A DNA stretch of 50,417 nt, the filler included, from Bipalium vagum (lineage: Eukaryota), in the NCBI GenBank assembly GCA_037834085.1. It is 3 parts of 3 records of this genome, joined end to end, with 100 filler letters (N's around TTAATTAATTAA, not from the genome) between each part and the next. Parts side by side here need not be neighbours in the genome. Positions count along the whole stretch, not along the records: positions 17,460 to 34,712 come from JBBMKC010073419.1; positions 34,813 to 50,417 come from JBBMKC010156911.1; 1 more part is not named here. One strand, written 5' to 3'. How positions within the stretch are numbered: the first letter of the stretch is position 1; every line of letters begins with the position of its first letter. Made by a program: the position numbers and the translations under genes. This document shows positions 25,690-37,249 of the stretch, in pieces. A model generated the notes under the pieces. That model searched no databases, was not told the DNA's origin, and saw only the letters and a program-made list of their open reading frames with translations.

Positions 25690-25962
25690 TTATTTTTTTG
25701 AGTTTCTTTTACTTTTTGAACAGTTGTTGCAATACCACCAGCAACTCCACCTGCTACTCCTAATCCTGCAAATATTGCTCCAAGAATTGGAATTAATGGA
25801 AGTACACCACCTTGTTTTTGTTCCTAAGTTTCTTCAACTTTATCTTTAATTTCATTAATTATTTTTTAGAGAGGTAATATTTTGTCACCATTGAAAGTTA
25901 TATATTTTGGTTTACCTATTTCGAATATATTTTGAAGTTTTGTTTCTGTAATTTCTGACATC
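25690..25962 (-). pseudogene. Adenovirus pX-like core/membrane-active peptide gene
   Basis: QKQGGVLPLIPILGAIFAGLGVAGGVAGGIATTVQK at ~25715-25825 resembles adenovirus pX (xxGG|xLPxLIPxIAAAI) and Maverick GGFLP ORFs; stops and frameshifts upstream. Confidence 0.7.
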
Positions 25963-27719
25963 TATTTTTTTAAATTAAAATTGATTTTTTAAATTTTGGG
26001 ATATTTTTCCCATGTTTGGATATTTTTCAAACCTTCTTATACTCACCTATACATCTTTATTTCTATTATTTTACAGTATCAAATGTTTTAAAAATACTTT
26101 TTATAATTCGAATGGTACTGCGTTGAAGTACTTTTTTATTTATAGAACTGGTTTTAATTTCTTAGAGTGAGAAACGGCGTTCCTCACCATGTCCAATTAA
26201 TATCTAATTTATTTTTAACAATTTTATTATTTATTAATTCATTATTTTTTATATTTGATATAAAATTAATATATCATATACTGCTTATATTTTACTTATA
26301 ATATTATAACTTTTTATATTATAAACGAGCTAACTTTTAATTTTCTATAAAAAAAAGTAATTTGCATTAAGATTATATCCTAAGAGTTTTAATCAAAATC
26401 AATGATGTTAATTAACAAGCATATGTGTAAAAAATATTTTGATAATAAATAGGATTTCTATTCTGTTATAACTTTTTTCACATTTTTTACATTCAGAATT
26501 AAAAACATAATAATCTCTTTTTAATGTGGAGCATCCCACAATGAACATTTTATTGTTAAAAAACTTTTAGTGATCAATAAACATTTGTTATTTAATATTG
26601 TGATTTTTACTTTTAATGTGAAAGATTTTTAACTATCGATCTTAAATTTCTCTTCAAATAACAATAATAATAATAATAACAATAATTATTATTATTATGA
26701 GAAATTGTAAAAAATAAAAATATATATTAGCAAAATTAAAATTAGCAACCTTAGGTTACTAAATATAGAAAAATGTAAAAAAAAGTTTTATAATAAGAAA
26801 ATAAAATACAATAAATTATATTATAAGTATTTTCATACTTTCTAAAAATAAATAAATTATAAAAAATATTATATAAAGCAACTAACTGGGGTAATGAAAA
26901 GGACGATAGAACGACGGGAAAAACAAGAGCCAGTAAACAATCATTCGAGTCTAACACACGTGTTTTCAATTGAAATTCCACTGATTCAAACAGCAACAGA
27001 TATTGTAAACATTCCATTGATCCAGACAGCGACAATTATTGTGTAAACAAAAGACATTCCACAGAGAAAGAGATTGTATAAGTAGGATACATTTCGGCAA
27101 AAAATTAGAGAAAGAATTATAGCTCGTTCATTCCGTGAATCATCAAATTTCAAGAACTTTAATTGATAAAATTTGTTGTTGATATTATTACTATTATTAA
27201 TATTATTATTACTTAATTGCGCATACTCTGTTTGATTCAATCAAAACAGCAGTATCCTATAACTTTTAAATTAAATAAATACAACCTTTAAGCAATCTTA
27301 ACCAATTGACTTAAAGCTTAAATTAAAACTTCTTCAAAATAAATACTCGGTGCTTAATCGAGGATCAGGTAAAATTTTAATGTTTTTCTTTCTCTTCTCT
27401 TTTTGTTTAAAGTTTGCACAGTCGCTAGCTGGCAAACTTCTAAAGGCTTTAGCACAATAGACTAAGTCTGTTTCTAAAGATTTCTGATCGATCAGTTAAA
27501 ATCTTATAAGTAATTTGTAATTTGAAGTTTGTGAAAGATTTTTACCAATAAATATTTTGATAAACATTTGTTCATTTCTTTTTGATTTGATTTGTGACAG
27601 TAATTTTTATATTTGTGCTTGAACGTTCATCCGTAAACCATTCTGATATTAAGTACTTTGTTAAGTGACCTAAAAGCCCAAGTTCGATCTTCTTTTAAAA
27701 TCAGCCACTTTTAGGAACT

Positions 27720-28420
27720 TAACATTAATATACTTCATTTATATTTCTTTTTTTTGTGCAAAATTTATTATTCGGAAATTCTATATTTCTAATTTCATTC
27801 TTTCTTTTTTCTTTGTAATTGATTTCTGAAATTTTATTTTCTTCATTCATACATTCTTTACATTTCTGATTATAAAATTCTTTATTATTACTTGTAAATT
27901 TTGAAAGTTAATATCATTTAAAAGTTTTATATTTCCTCAGTTTGAACATTGTCTATATTCCAGACAAATTTTATAATTTTTATTTTTAAAAATCTGAATA
28001 GTTTTTATTTAATTTACAAACACTAGCAGACTTCTATGAAAAGTCCACTCGAGCCCAATTGACCCGTAAAATTGTGAACCTGGATTTTTTTTGTTTAAAG
28101 GATTTAAAGATTTTAAATGTAATTCTCCTGGGTATTTTCCTGTTGTAAATTTCGTTAAGGAATTTATTATTTGTAATTTGTGATTGAATATCTCCTCCTG
28201 TTTTTATAAAAAAGATGGATATTTTTCTTGAATTTTTTCAATAGTACTTTTTTCAGTAGTATTTTTATTTGTACTAGTATTTTTATTAGCACTAATAGTA
28301 TCATTAGTACTTTTATTAGTACCTTTAGCTTTATTTTTCAAATGTACGTTTGTCTTTAGATGTTTTGATTTATTATATTTTGAAATATTTTGTCACAAAT
28401 TTCACAATACCATTTTTTAG
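27720..28420 (-). pseudogene. Decayed Lys/Asn-rich zinc-finger ORF, probably of the same viral element
   Basis: KWYCEICDK…NKSKHLKTNVH (C2H2, one frameshift, ~28340-28415) and a later KCKECM; intronless, with composition like 22.7-26 kb. Confidence 0.5.
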
Positions 28421-28882
28421 GAAAAAAAGATTATTAAAAAATAATTATAATTTTAAAAAAATTAATTATTGAGTTTTATTTAAAAGTTTTATTAATTTTC
28501 CGTGATAAAATTTTAATATTTCTACACTTAATTCCTTATTTATTTTCGAGTAATTATAAATAATTGGATCATTCAGATTTTTATGTTGTTCTTATATTCT
28601 ATTTTTATATGGTTCAAATGTACAATTATCAATTAATCATAATAAATCTTTAGAATAAAATTTTAAATCTTTTCCTTCTCAATTAAAATTTTTAGCTCTT
28701 AAAAATATTTCATAATATTTATTTTGTGGAAATTTATTTTCAATTTTATTTAATTCTTGATTGTATAGGTTATTTAAATCGTTGCTTTTGGTTTTCATTT
28801 TTTAAGAAAAAATTTGATATTTTCAGTTTTAAATTTTTTGATTATTTTTTAATGATTTATTTAGTTTTTTTTTATACGAAAA

Positions 28883-28961
28883 AAAGTATACCCTGTTTAT
28901 TAATCACGTTTTTGACGAACGGATGAGCGTGTGTGCCGGGAGGATAAGCAGGGTACACTTT
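28883..28961. other. 79-nt imperfect hairpin
   Basis: aaagtataccctgtttatt pairs with gataagcagggtacacttt (19 bp, one mismatch, two G-U); inner cacgttt/gagcgtg stem. Confidence 0.6.
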
Positions 28962-29540
28962 GTGTATTATATTCGTTTGATTGTTATATTAATAAAGTTT
29001 TGTCGTTCGAGCTGATTTTCTTACAACAATCGGTAGATGAAGAGTCCGATTGAAGCTTACATTAATGCGTTAACTTACCAGTTGGGAAATTAAGTACTAA
29101 CAAACTGATTAAAGTAGTTTTTCAAACATCGGTTTTTTCTGCAGAAACTGGTTTCAATTTTTAAATAAAATTAAATTGAGATTTTAACTAAAAATATAAA
29201 TAATTTCTTTCATATTATAAGCAAAATATTTTATTTTATTTACGTTAAATATGGAGCTGGTCATATATCTAAACAAATTTGAGACATTTTATTGGAATGT
29301 TGAAGGACATGTTATTGATCGTTGGCGTCATAATTTTTCTGAAGGTTTGGTTGTTTTTAATATTGACGATTTATCAGCATTAAAAAAGAAAACTGTTCGA
29401 TTTAACCTTTATTTTGCTTTTGAAGCCAAATATAAAAATTGTGAAATTTTATGATCCAGTAAAATTTAGTGTAAAGGAACGGAACTTTGGAAGACATTTT
29501 TATCAAATCAATAAAATTTGTTATCTGCTCAATATCGTAC

Positions 29541-32500
29541 TCAGTTGTAGTAGAGTCTCTTTGCCTGGACAGGTTCCAATTTGCAGTAGGGGCATCGAAC
29601 AATTTTATCACCACAAGTGTCACAAATTGTGTGACCGCAATCAAAAACGGAGTTGATTTCCTTATCGAAACAAATTCCGCAAATCTGAATTTTCATTAAT
29701 CTTATTAACAAAACAAAGGGTACCTTTTTCTCAATTTCAGTCTCTTTCACTACAACAATCTTCGTTGCAGAACCCGAAAACCTGCTCTGATAAATTTCGA
29801 AAAATGCTTCTATGTCTGTCCTGGTTTCATGGCGAGAGCAGTAATCGATGGCCCTAATCCCCTTTCTGTTTTTAAAGTAAATATTACCTCCTTGAGAAAT
29901 TATCGATTTGATTTCAATTAAGAACTCTGAAGATCGATTTTTCTGAACAATATCATCAAATAAATACGAACAGAGACACAGCAATTACATCACTATTTCC
30001 CGATACTTTCACAAAGAGTTGGATCAAAGCAGTAAACCCGTCATCGTCTTCATTATCCAAGTGGTCAGTTTCAAATAGTAACATTCTCACCAATTCCATC
30101 GATTCGCTCTCGATGGCAACTTGCAAAGGAGTTTGATTTTTGTAATTTTTCATATTGACAAATTTTTTCTTGTTTACTTCCGATTGGAGTATCCGTTTAC
30201 AAAAACAAAATCTCCTTTCTTTCAATAAACTTGTCAGAAGATTTTCTCCGTTTAGAAAAAGGTTGGGACTGTTTATTTCAATATCGATCAAGCATTTAAA
30301 TGAGTCTTCGTCCTCTTGTCGTGCTAGATAATTCAGACAAGATTCCAGTACAATCTGTTTCACGCTATCATTTGCCTTTATGACCAAAGATTTTAATAAC
30401 TTTCGGCCGTCGGGTCGCTTTGCCTGTTTTATAATATTTTCAGTAATGAACGATTTCAACTTATCTTCTGGAAAGAAATCCAACAGAGCTTCGCAAAACA
30501 TATAAAATGGCTTAGCCAGAGAAATCCTAAATAGATCATAGTCCACCTCCAAAGATCGATTGTGTTTCGGCGGTACAAAAGCAAGTAGCAATCTAAAGTT
30601 AACTCATCAAAACCCAGCAATAAAAGTCTCAAAAGAGCGCAAATCAAAGGCAAAAATGATGAACCTTTCACAGTTAAATTTTGATGCCTCATGAAAAAGA
30701 GGAAAGTCTTGTTTATAAAGCTCTCTCAAATCTGACTGCAACCGAACAAATAAATGAACTATTTCGATGATTTTGTGTTCACACTAAAATCGATTTTAAA
30801 TTGCCAACAACCAAACAGTCGATACTTGATTGAAGGTTTGATGGTCTAAATTGGACAATAATTCCAATAAAGGTGTCAGACCTTTATCATTGACTGCATT
30901 CATATTTGCCCCGGCTTTTATGAGAGTCTCACAAAGCTCAATGTCCAAAAGCTTTACGGCTAAGTGAACCAAAGTGTTTCCTTTGCCATCAGAACTATTT
31001 GAAGTGTTTGGATTCAGATTTTCAAGGAAACACGGATAGATTGTATTATTCATTTTCGCACATAACGTTAGACAGTTTTCTCGTGAAGAAAGATTAAAAG
31101 AATCATACGAAGCTAAAGAGCACATATAATTATAATTAATTTAATTTATGTAACTAAATAAAACCCCAGCCAATTTAATTTTCCAAGAATTTTATTTAAA
31201 ATTATAAAAAAATGCTGAATGACATTTTGAAAATGACAAAATGGTTGAAATTCCGTATAGCTGGCCAAGGTCATATGGAGTTTGTTTAAATATTTGAATT
31301 TAAATTATGAAAATGTTTAATTTTTTTAAAATAAAAATTGATTAATTTATTGATTTAAAACAAAACTAAATATGCTAGTTATACGGAATGTAACACGGTG
31401 AAATTAATTTATGTGACAGAGTTCTGATCATGATGAATAGGGTTTTATTTTATTATTCATAATAATTTTATTTGTGTAAAAATACAAAACAAATAAATAA
31501 CAAAAAGCATTGAAAAAGTTCAATAATCAACACACAGAGCTTACAGTGTAAAGTAACGAATTTTTAAATTAAACTAACAAAACACGACCTTTACCAGTAT
31601 TTACATTTATATCCAGTTCAAGGCTAATTATGCATGACTCATTTCCATTTTGGTTTTTTTATTATTGTTTGATGAGTATTGGTCTCAAGCTGTTTCTTAT
31701 TTTTATTTTTACTTGAGAAAATTTTCTTTGATGTTCTTTTTAAAAATGAACAGTTTAAAAAATCGTTATTTGAAGTTAAAATTTACACTGTAAATCCTGT
31801 ATGAGATAAAAAATAAGAAACCTTTCGTCATAGAACATCCACGAATCTGAAAAGAGAAATAAAAATTAAATTAGATAAAAAAAATTGGCAAAAAAACATT
31901 AACAAAAAATCAAGTTATGTACAGATAAGATAGTCACAAATTATGCACGGGTTATATAAAGTGAGTATCCAATCAGGTAAATATTTTTATCATAATTAAG
32001 ATTATTCAGTTTAAATTTTTCTAAAAGAATTTCCGGAAGTATTTAATGTGGGTGTTTCATTGTTTTAATGAGTCAATGTTATCGAATTTAGTTGCAGTAA
32101 ATTCAAAATTTAATAATGTTTTCCTTTAAGATTGCAAATTGTTTTACTGAAAAGCAATAAATATAGTTTTAAATTATTAATTAAATATTCATTATATAAA
32201 TCAATAAGCCCAGTTCGATTTATTAACAAAATAAATCAAATTATTTTTTAGATATTAATTTTGAAATATGTGACAACAAATTTAACTTTTGACGAAGATT
32301 ATTATACTAATAACACAAGGTTATAAATGCTCCACGACTCAAAAGAAAATTATGTAGAATATTAGGTAAACAAAGGTCAATGTGAAGAATGGTTTTTAAG
32401 GTTTAGTTTCGGATATTTTAACATTCATGATCAGCAAAAAGGCCAGTCAAAGCTGATGATGATAACCCATTCAGAGAAAACTGTTTTTTCGACTGTAAAC

Positions 32501-34557
32501 CATGGTTTCCCATGGATTACTTTTATGAATCTATGACGATATCAGTGGAACTTTTACTTTTCTATGGATACGAGTCAGCTGCAAATTTTGTGCTTTCTTT
32601 TTATATAATAATATTATAATTTTATATAATATAATACTTCTTTTTTTATTTATAATCACTTTTCTGTAACCAATTGTTTAAGGTTCTTCTTGAAACATTT
32701 AAACGAGTCCCATTTAAACTTACATTAGAGGTCACCTTGACATATTTAGATTTTTCATTGTTTATATATCTTTTTAACACCAATGATTTCTATTTATCTA
32801 CCAGAGTCTTTAATCAAGTTTAATTCTTCATTTTCTGATTAAACAATGTTTTGTACAGCTGCCATGATCAAATCATTTTTTTTCTATTTGACCATATGAT
32901 TGTCCCATTTTATAAAAATTCTTAATTAATAATCTAATTTCTTCACAATGCATAAAAGAATTTGCTATATTAAAAAGTTTATTATGAAAACCATTATACG
33001 CAGGAAAATATTTTCCTAATATCATTCAAAATTTTTAAATATGATATAATATTAAAAAATTGATTATTATATATTGACATTTGTATTATAACATTTTGAA
33101 TTCATAATTCATCACAATATTAATAGTAAAGTTAAAATGAAATGTTATTTCAGAAATTTGGCAAAAATGGTAATGTATTAAAAAATATTTTCACCACTAC
33201 ACAAGTGTCCAGAACAATTAAAAATGCATTGATTATTTCAAAAGGTTGATATATTATTATTATAGTATTCATTATGATATTATTCATCGCACTGAAATCT
33301 ACTATTTGTTGCTGAAAGGTGAGAATGACTATAATAATAATATTAAGAAAAAATATCAATACGTGTTTATTTTGCTACAAAATTAAAAATAAAAATATAA
33401 TTATAAGGAGTGATTCGAACAATTAGTTTGTTTGAATTTTTTTAAATAAGGACCTCACGCCATGATTAACAATTTTTAAATGTTTTTAATTTAAAGTTTT
33501 TAAAAATTCTAATGTTACGTTCTTTAAGTTTTTAAATAAATGTTGGTCTATTTTAAAAAAGTAAGTAATTTAATTTTAATAAAAGGTGAGGTCCAAGTTT
33601 GAAAAGTTTGTTTGGTTAATCAGATTTAATGAAATATATTATTATTGTTGCTTCGACTTTGAATTCTCATTTACAAACGAATACTCAAGAATATAACTAT
33701 AATAAAATAATAATAATTTAAATTAAGTAGACCTAGAGAAGTTTTAGATTCTTTTGTGAATTTTACTGAAAAAACGTTATTGCTGAAGAAAATAGTGACA
33801 TGATGAGAAATTTTGATAATAATGATGAAAGAAAAATATCAAATATTACTGACTGATGAAGAGTGGATGAGTCGAGACATGTGTCACAACATTAGATATT
33901 CAAAAAGACTTTGTTTTCAACTGTTAAGAAGCGCGCATTTGAAGAGAAATATTCGAAATTTAATATTAATAATAATATTAATAATATGAAAATACATAAT
34001 AAAAAAAAATTATTTTTCTTTCGTTCTAACCGTCATATATTGATAGCAGTCTGCGCCAGTTCTCATCAAAAAATTACAACGTTCTTCACACCCATCCATC
34101 ACGGCCCGACCTAGATCAGTCTGATCGACCTGTAAGAGAAAAATCAGAACAGACAAATCGATGGGAAAACATTCACATATTCCATTTGCTCAATGTGTTG
34201 TGAGCGATCTTCAACAACGTTTTGGGAATAGTCAATAGACACCTTCTTCGCTTGCAAATCCTAAAAGTATTTTTATTGATTTCTATTTCATACGAATGTC
34301 TGTATTTAAATTGATTTTCTTTTTCCAAAGGCCGAAAAACACATTTTTCAGTTTTTCTACTTGTTAAGGACTTTGCACGGAGCTTGGATTTTTAAAATAT
34401 AATTTTTATAAATTGATCCCAAATATTTCTATTGGAACCTTATTGAAAATGCAATGTACCAAAATCCAAAATCGATCACCTTTTTAACTCGTTGAATAAG
34501 TTCCACAACTTCCGAATGACCGTTTGACTTCGCCAAGTCCAAAGGAGTCAGATTATA
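29541..34557 (-). CDS. Ankyrin-repeat + C-terminal C3HC4 RING protein (putative E3 ubiquitin ligase, Mind-bomb C-terminus/XBAT-like architecture), 5'-incomplete
   Basis: Phase-consistent GT-AG model with no internal stop. Exons: 34557-34480, 34260-34177, 34129-34031, 31846-31822, 31112-30826, 30783-30665, 30592-29989, 29942-29724, 29684-29541 (1659 nt). ANK motifs TPLDLAKSNGH, TDLGRAVMDG..GAD, GNTLVHLAV, GLTPLLEL, QTPLQVAI; RING CGIC-x10-CGH-x2-CDTC-x6-CPYC. Confidence 0.85.
32260..32960. mobile_element. Intronic Tc1/mariner fragments (mariner HTH on +, ~32260-32460; Tc1-like HTH on -, ~32650-32960)
   Basis: QCEEWFLRFSFGYFNIHD (=CREWF.RFK.G.F…D); GQSYGQI…AVQNIV and LNVSRRT on the minus strand. 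Confidence 0.45.
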
Positions 34558-34641
34558 CTGAAATATATTTTTGTTGATGAATAAAATAGCTTTGATTATT
34601 GATATAAATTTTCTCATAACTTTTCTGCACACAACATCAAC

Positions 34642-34712
<71 letters not shown>
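34642..34712 (+). repeat. (AAT)n microsatellite ending the contig
   Basis: ~23 perfect AAT units running into the N spacer. Confidence 0.95.
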
Positions 34713-34812
34713 NNNNNNNNNNNNNNNNNNNNNNNNNNNNNNNNNNNNNNNNNNNNTTAATTAATTAANNNNNNNNNNNNNNNNNNNNNNNNNNNNNNNN
34801 NNNNNNNNNNNN
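34713..34812. other. Artificial contig spacer 44N-TTAATTAATTAA-44N
   Basis: Counted directly, exactly 100 bp. Confidence 0.95.
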
Positions 34813-35500
34813 CTGATTGTTTTGATTTGCACCACCTAAGATTTTGGAGTCAGGTTTAAATTTGATACCCTAAATATTGAACAATATTATTTGAATTATT
34901 TGTTTAAATTATTTAAAAATTAAATTACACAACAATAATAAAAGCATTAAATCAATAATAAAAAGTAAAAGAAATAGTTAAATATCATTAAATTACATAA
35001 TCAAATTAATTTTTACACAATGCATCGAATTCTTAATGTAAAATTCCTGTGAGAAATCTTGGAAATTAGTTATTAATTAAAAATTTGAAAACAAAACTTT
35101 TTTTTATTATTTTTGGAATTTTTTTTAATCCAAGGAAATGATAAACTTGATTAAAAAGCTATTTGAACTACCTATTTCATTTGAAATAAAAGAAAAATCT
35201 AAGGCTTCTTTGATAATGACAGAGTTTATTCAAAGTTAAAAAGAGGTTTTGTAAGAAAATAAAAATATTATCTGAAACCTAAAAAATATTTTTCTAAGTT
35301 CTTGAAAGGTAAAAAGGAATTTTTTATTAAAATTATTATTCCCAATTTTGAAAGTTATTTAATGATTTTTATCTTATTACAAAATTTATTTATTTATTTA
35401 ATTAAAACAACATTAAGGAAGAAACAAAAGTTTATATTTTATAAAAGTTCGTAATCAAATATTTGATTAAAAGTTTATTGGAGAACCAAAAACTAATTTC

Positions 35501-37106
35501 TAGGGGTACACATAAGTAATGTCGTTTTATCAGAAGATGTAAAATTTTCAGGATTTACTAGCGTTAATAACCAATTATTACTAATAATTAGTTAATTTAA
35601 TTATCTAGTAAATCTATGAACCGTTAATCCATACTTTTGCGGAATATAAACTTAGAAAAAATGGTAAATGATGCCATTTTAGAAATGCTCCAAAAAGTAA
35701 ATACTTGCCCTATAATCTCCGTAATCCGATAAAATCTCTAAGGACTTCGATATACTGCATGCACTTAAAACTTCAAAAAATGAAAAACTTTTGACTGGTT
35801 CATAACTGTCCTGGTGTGGTCGTCATGTTAGTTACTGTGACGTTATCAACATTTTCTGAATTTATAAAGTCAAGATTTGGTAAAATTTTTATTCGATGAA
35901 AATAATTGTATAGTTTGAATAAGTATCCTCTCTTTATTATTCACTTAAGCAAATTAATGATCTGAAACTTTTGTTACTATTATACTTTAACAAAGTAACC
36001 TGATCTCGCCTGTCAGTATCTCCTCACTTTAATAATGTTGTGCTCGTAAGTCGATTAAACTCAACTTGAATCAAAACTCCCACAACAAAACCTTATTTGC
36101 TTTCTAACTGAATCAAAACTCCCAAGATAATACTTTATCCACACCCTGAAAACTGAATCAAAACACTCACAATAAATTATAAATGTTATAAATGTAACAA
36201 CAGCCTGATTCAACAACATAATTCGCTCCAATCCTCGCAAATCACCCAAAGATATATCCAATACTCAAAACAAAATGGCTTCAATTTCAAAACTTCAAAA
36301 TCGAGTTAATCGTTATAATAATAAACACAAAAAATGGCAATAATAGTCTAAGAATCGAAAGATTAGAATGATCACAAAAGTAAGAGTTCGAGAATAAAAA
36401 AACGGTCTCACCAGAAGCAACAAGAGGTCCCCGGGTTGATCTCTAGGTCCTTCGCAGGTCACTTAGGGATTCCCAAAATTGATGGGTCCCCTTGGTAAAT
36501 CCTCTTGCATGCTCATAACTGAATAAAAATCAAAAATTTACTGAAACTGAGACGAATGGAGTAGAATTGGAATAAAATCTCTTCCGACGTTTAACGAAAT
36601 CTTGATCTTCTGACGTTCACCAAAATACAATTAAATCAATCTTCCAACGAAACCAAATAATATCAATCTAAAATCAATTTTCGAAGTTTACTGTGCATTT
36701 TATGGGAATAATCGTCTCTTTATATAGTCGTAGAGATTGGGCTAAGATCACCAATCCCACGATTCGAGACGGCTATTTCCAACAATAGCCATTTAGCTCT
36801 AACTTTGTCTCCCCGCCGAGACAAAGGAGCAAATCGATCACTCCGGCGACGGAGTCCATTCTTCATTATCCTCAATAAATTGTGTCAAATGGATTATTCA
36901 TTCTTCAGATTATTACAGTAACATCTAAACAGAAAAATATTAAAGCCTTATGAGGATCTAGAAAATATGTTGGTTAAGTAATTTAACTCCGGAAACCCAA
37001 TCATTTTTAAAACTGGAATTGATAATTTGATTAAATGTTTTCTTTTAAAAAGATAATACATTTTTACATACTTTTGATAGAAACGACATAATTATGGTTA
37101 CTAATA
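35501..37106 (+). mobile_element. Deleted mariner-like element interrupted by an LTR
   Basis: Imperfect TIRs cataagtaatgtcgttt (35511) / aaacgacataattatg (37081); mariner C-terminal remnant LNRKILKPYEDLENML…FKTGIDNLIK after 36925. Confidence 0.6.
35972..36923 (-). mobile_element. Probable solo LTR (~950 bp)
   Basis: TGTTACT…AGTAACA inverted termini (TG..CA), TATATAAAG on the minus strand at ~36720, three tgaatcaaaac repeats at 36068-36165, and a second copy of one end at 16470-16658. No clean TSD. Confidence 0.65.
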
Positions 37107-37249
37107 TAACCCCTAATATAAATTACAAAATGAAGTAAAAGGGTAAAAATAAGGTGAATACTGATTATATCATTAATTCGACATCTTTAATGACTGAGGA
37201 GTCGATGTATAATATCTGGAGTTGACAAGATGAAAAATAATTTATCGTG

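Noticed and set aside
25622-25849. Leu/Gln-rich plus-strand ORF
   Set aside because: Antisense to the pX-like peptide.
29251-29699. Several overlapping short ORFs
   Set aside because: Antisense or alternative-frame shadows of the RING exon and its 3' region.
30456-30692. 78-aa minus-strand ORF
   Set aside because: Alternative frame spanning the 72-nt intron; the spliced model explains the region.
31230-31390. Ankyrin-like KQTPYDLGQLYG as an extra exon
   Set aside because: No AG acceptor or usable donor, not needed for phase, and it overlaps a short inverted repeat (attccgtatagctggc / gctagttatacggaat) that may be a MITE remnant.
34571-34768. Poly-Ile ORF
   Set aside because: Translation of the (AAT)n microsatellite and N spacer.
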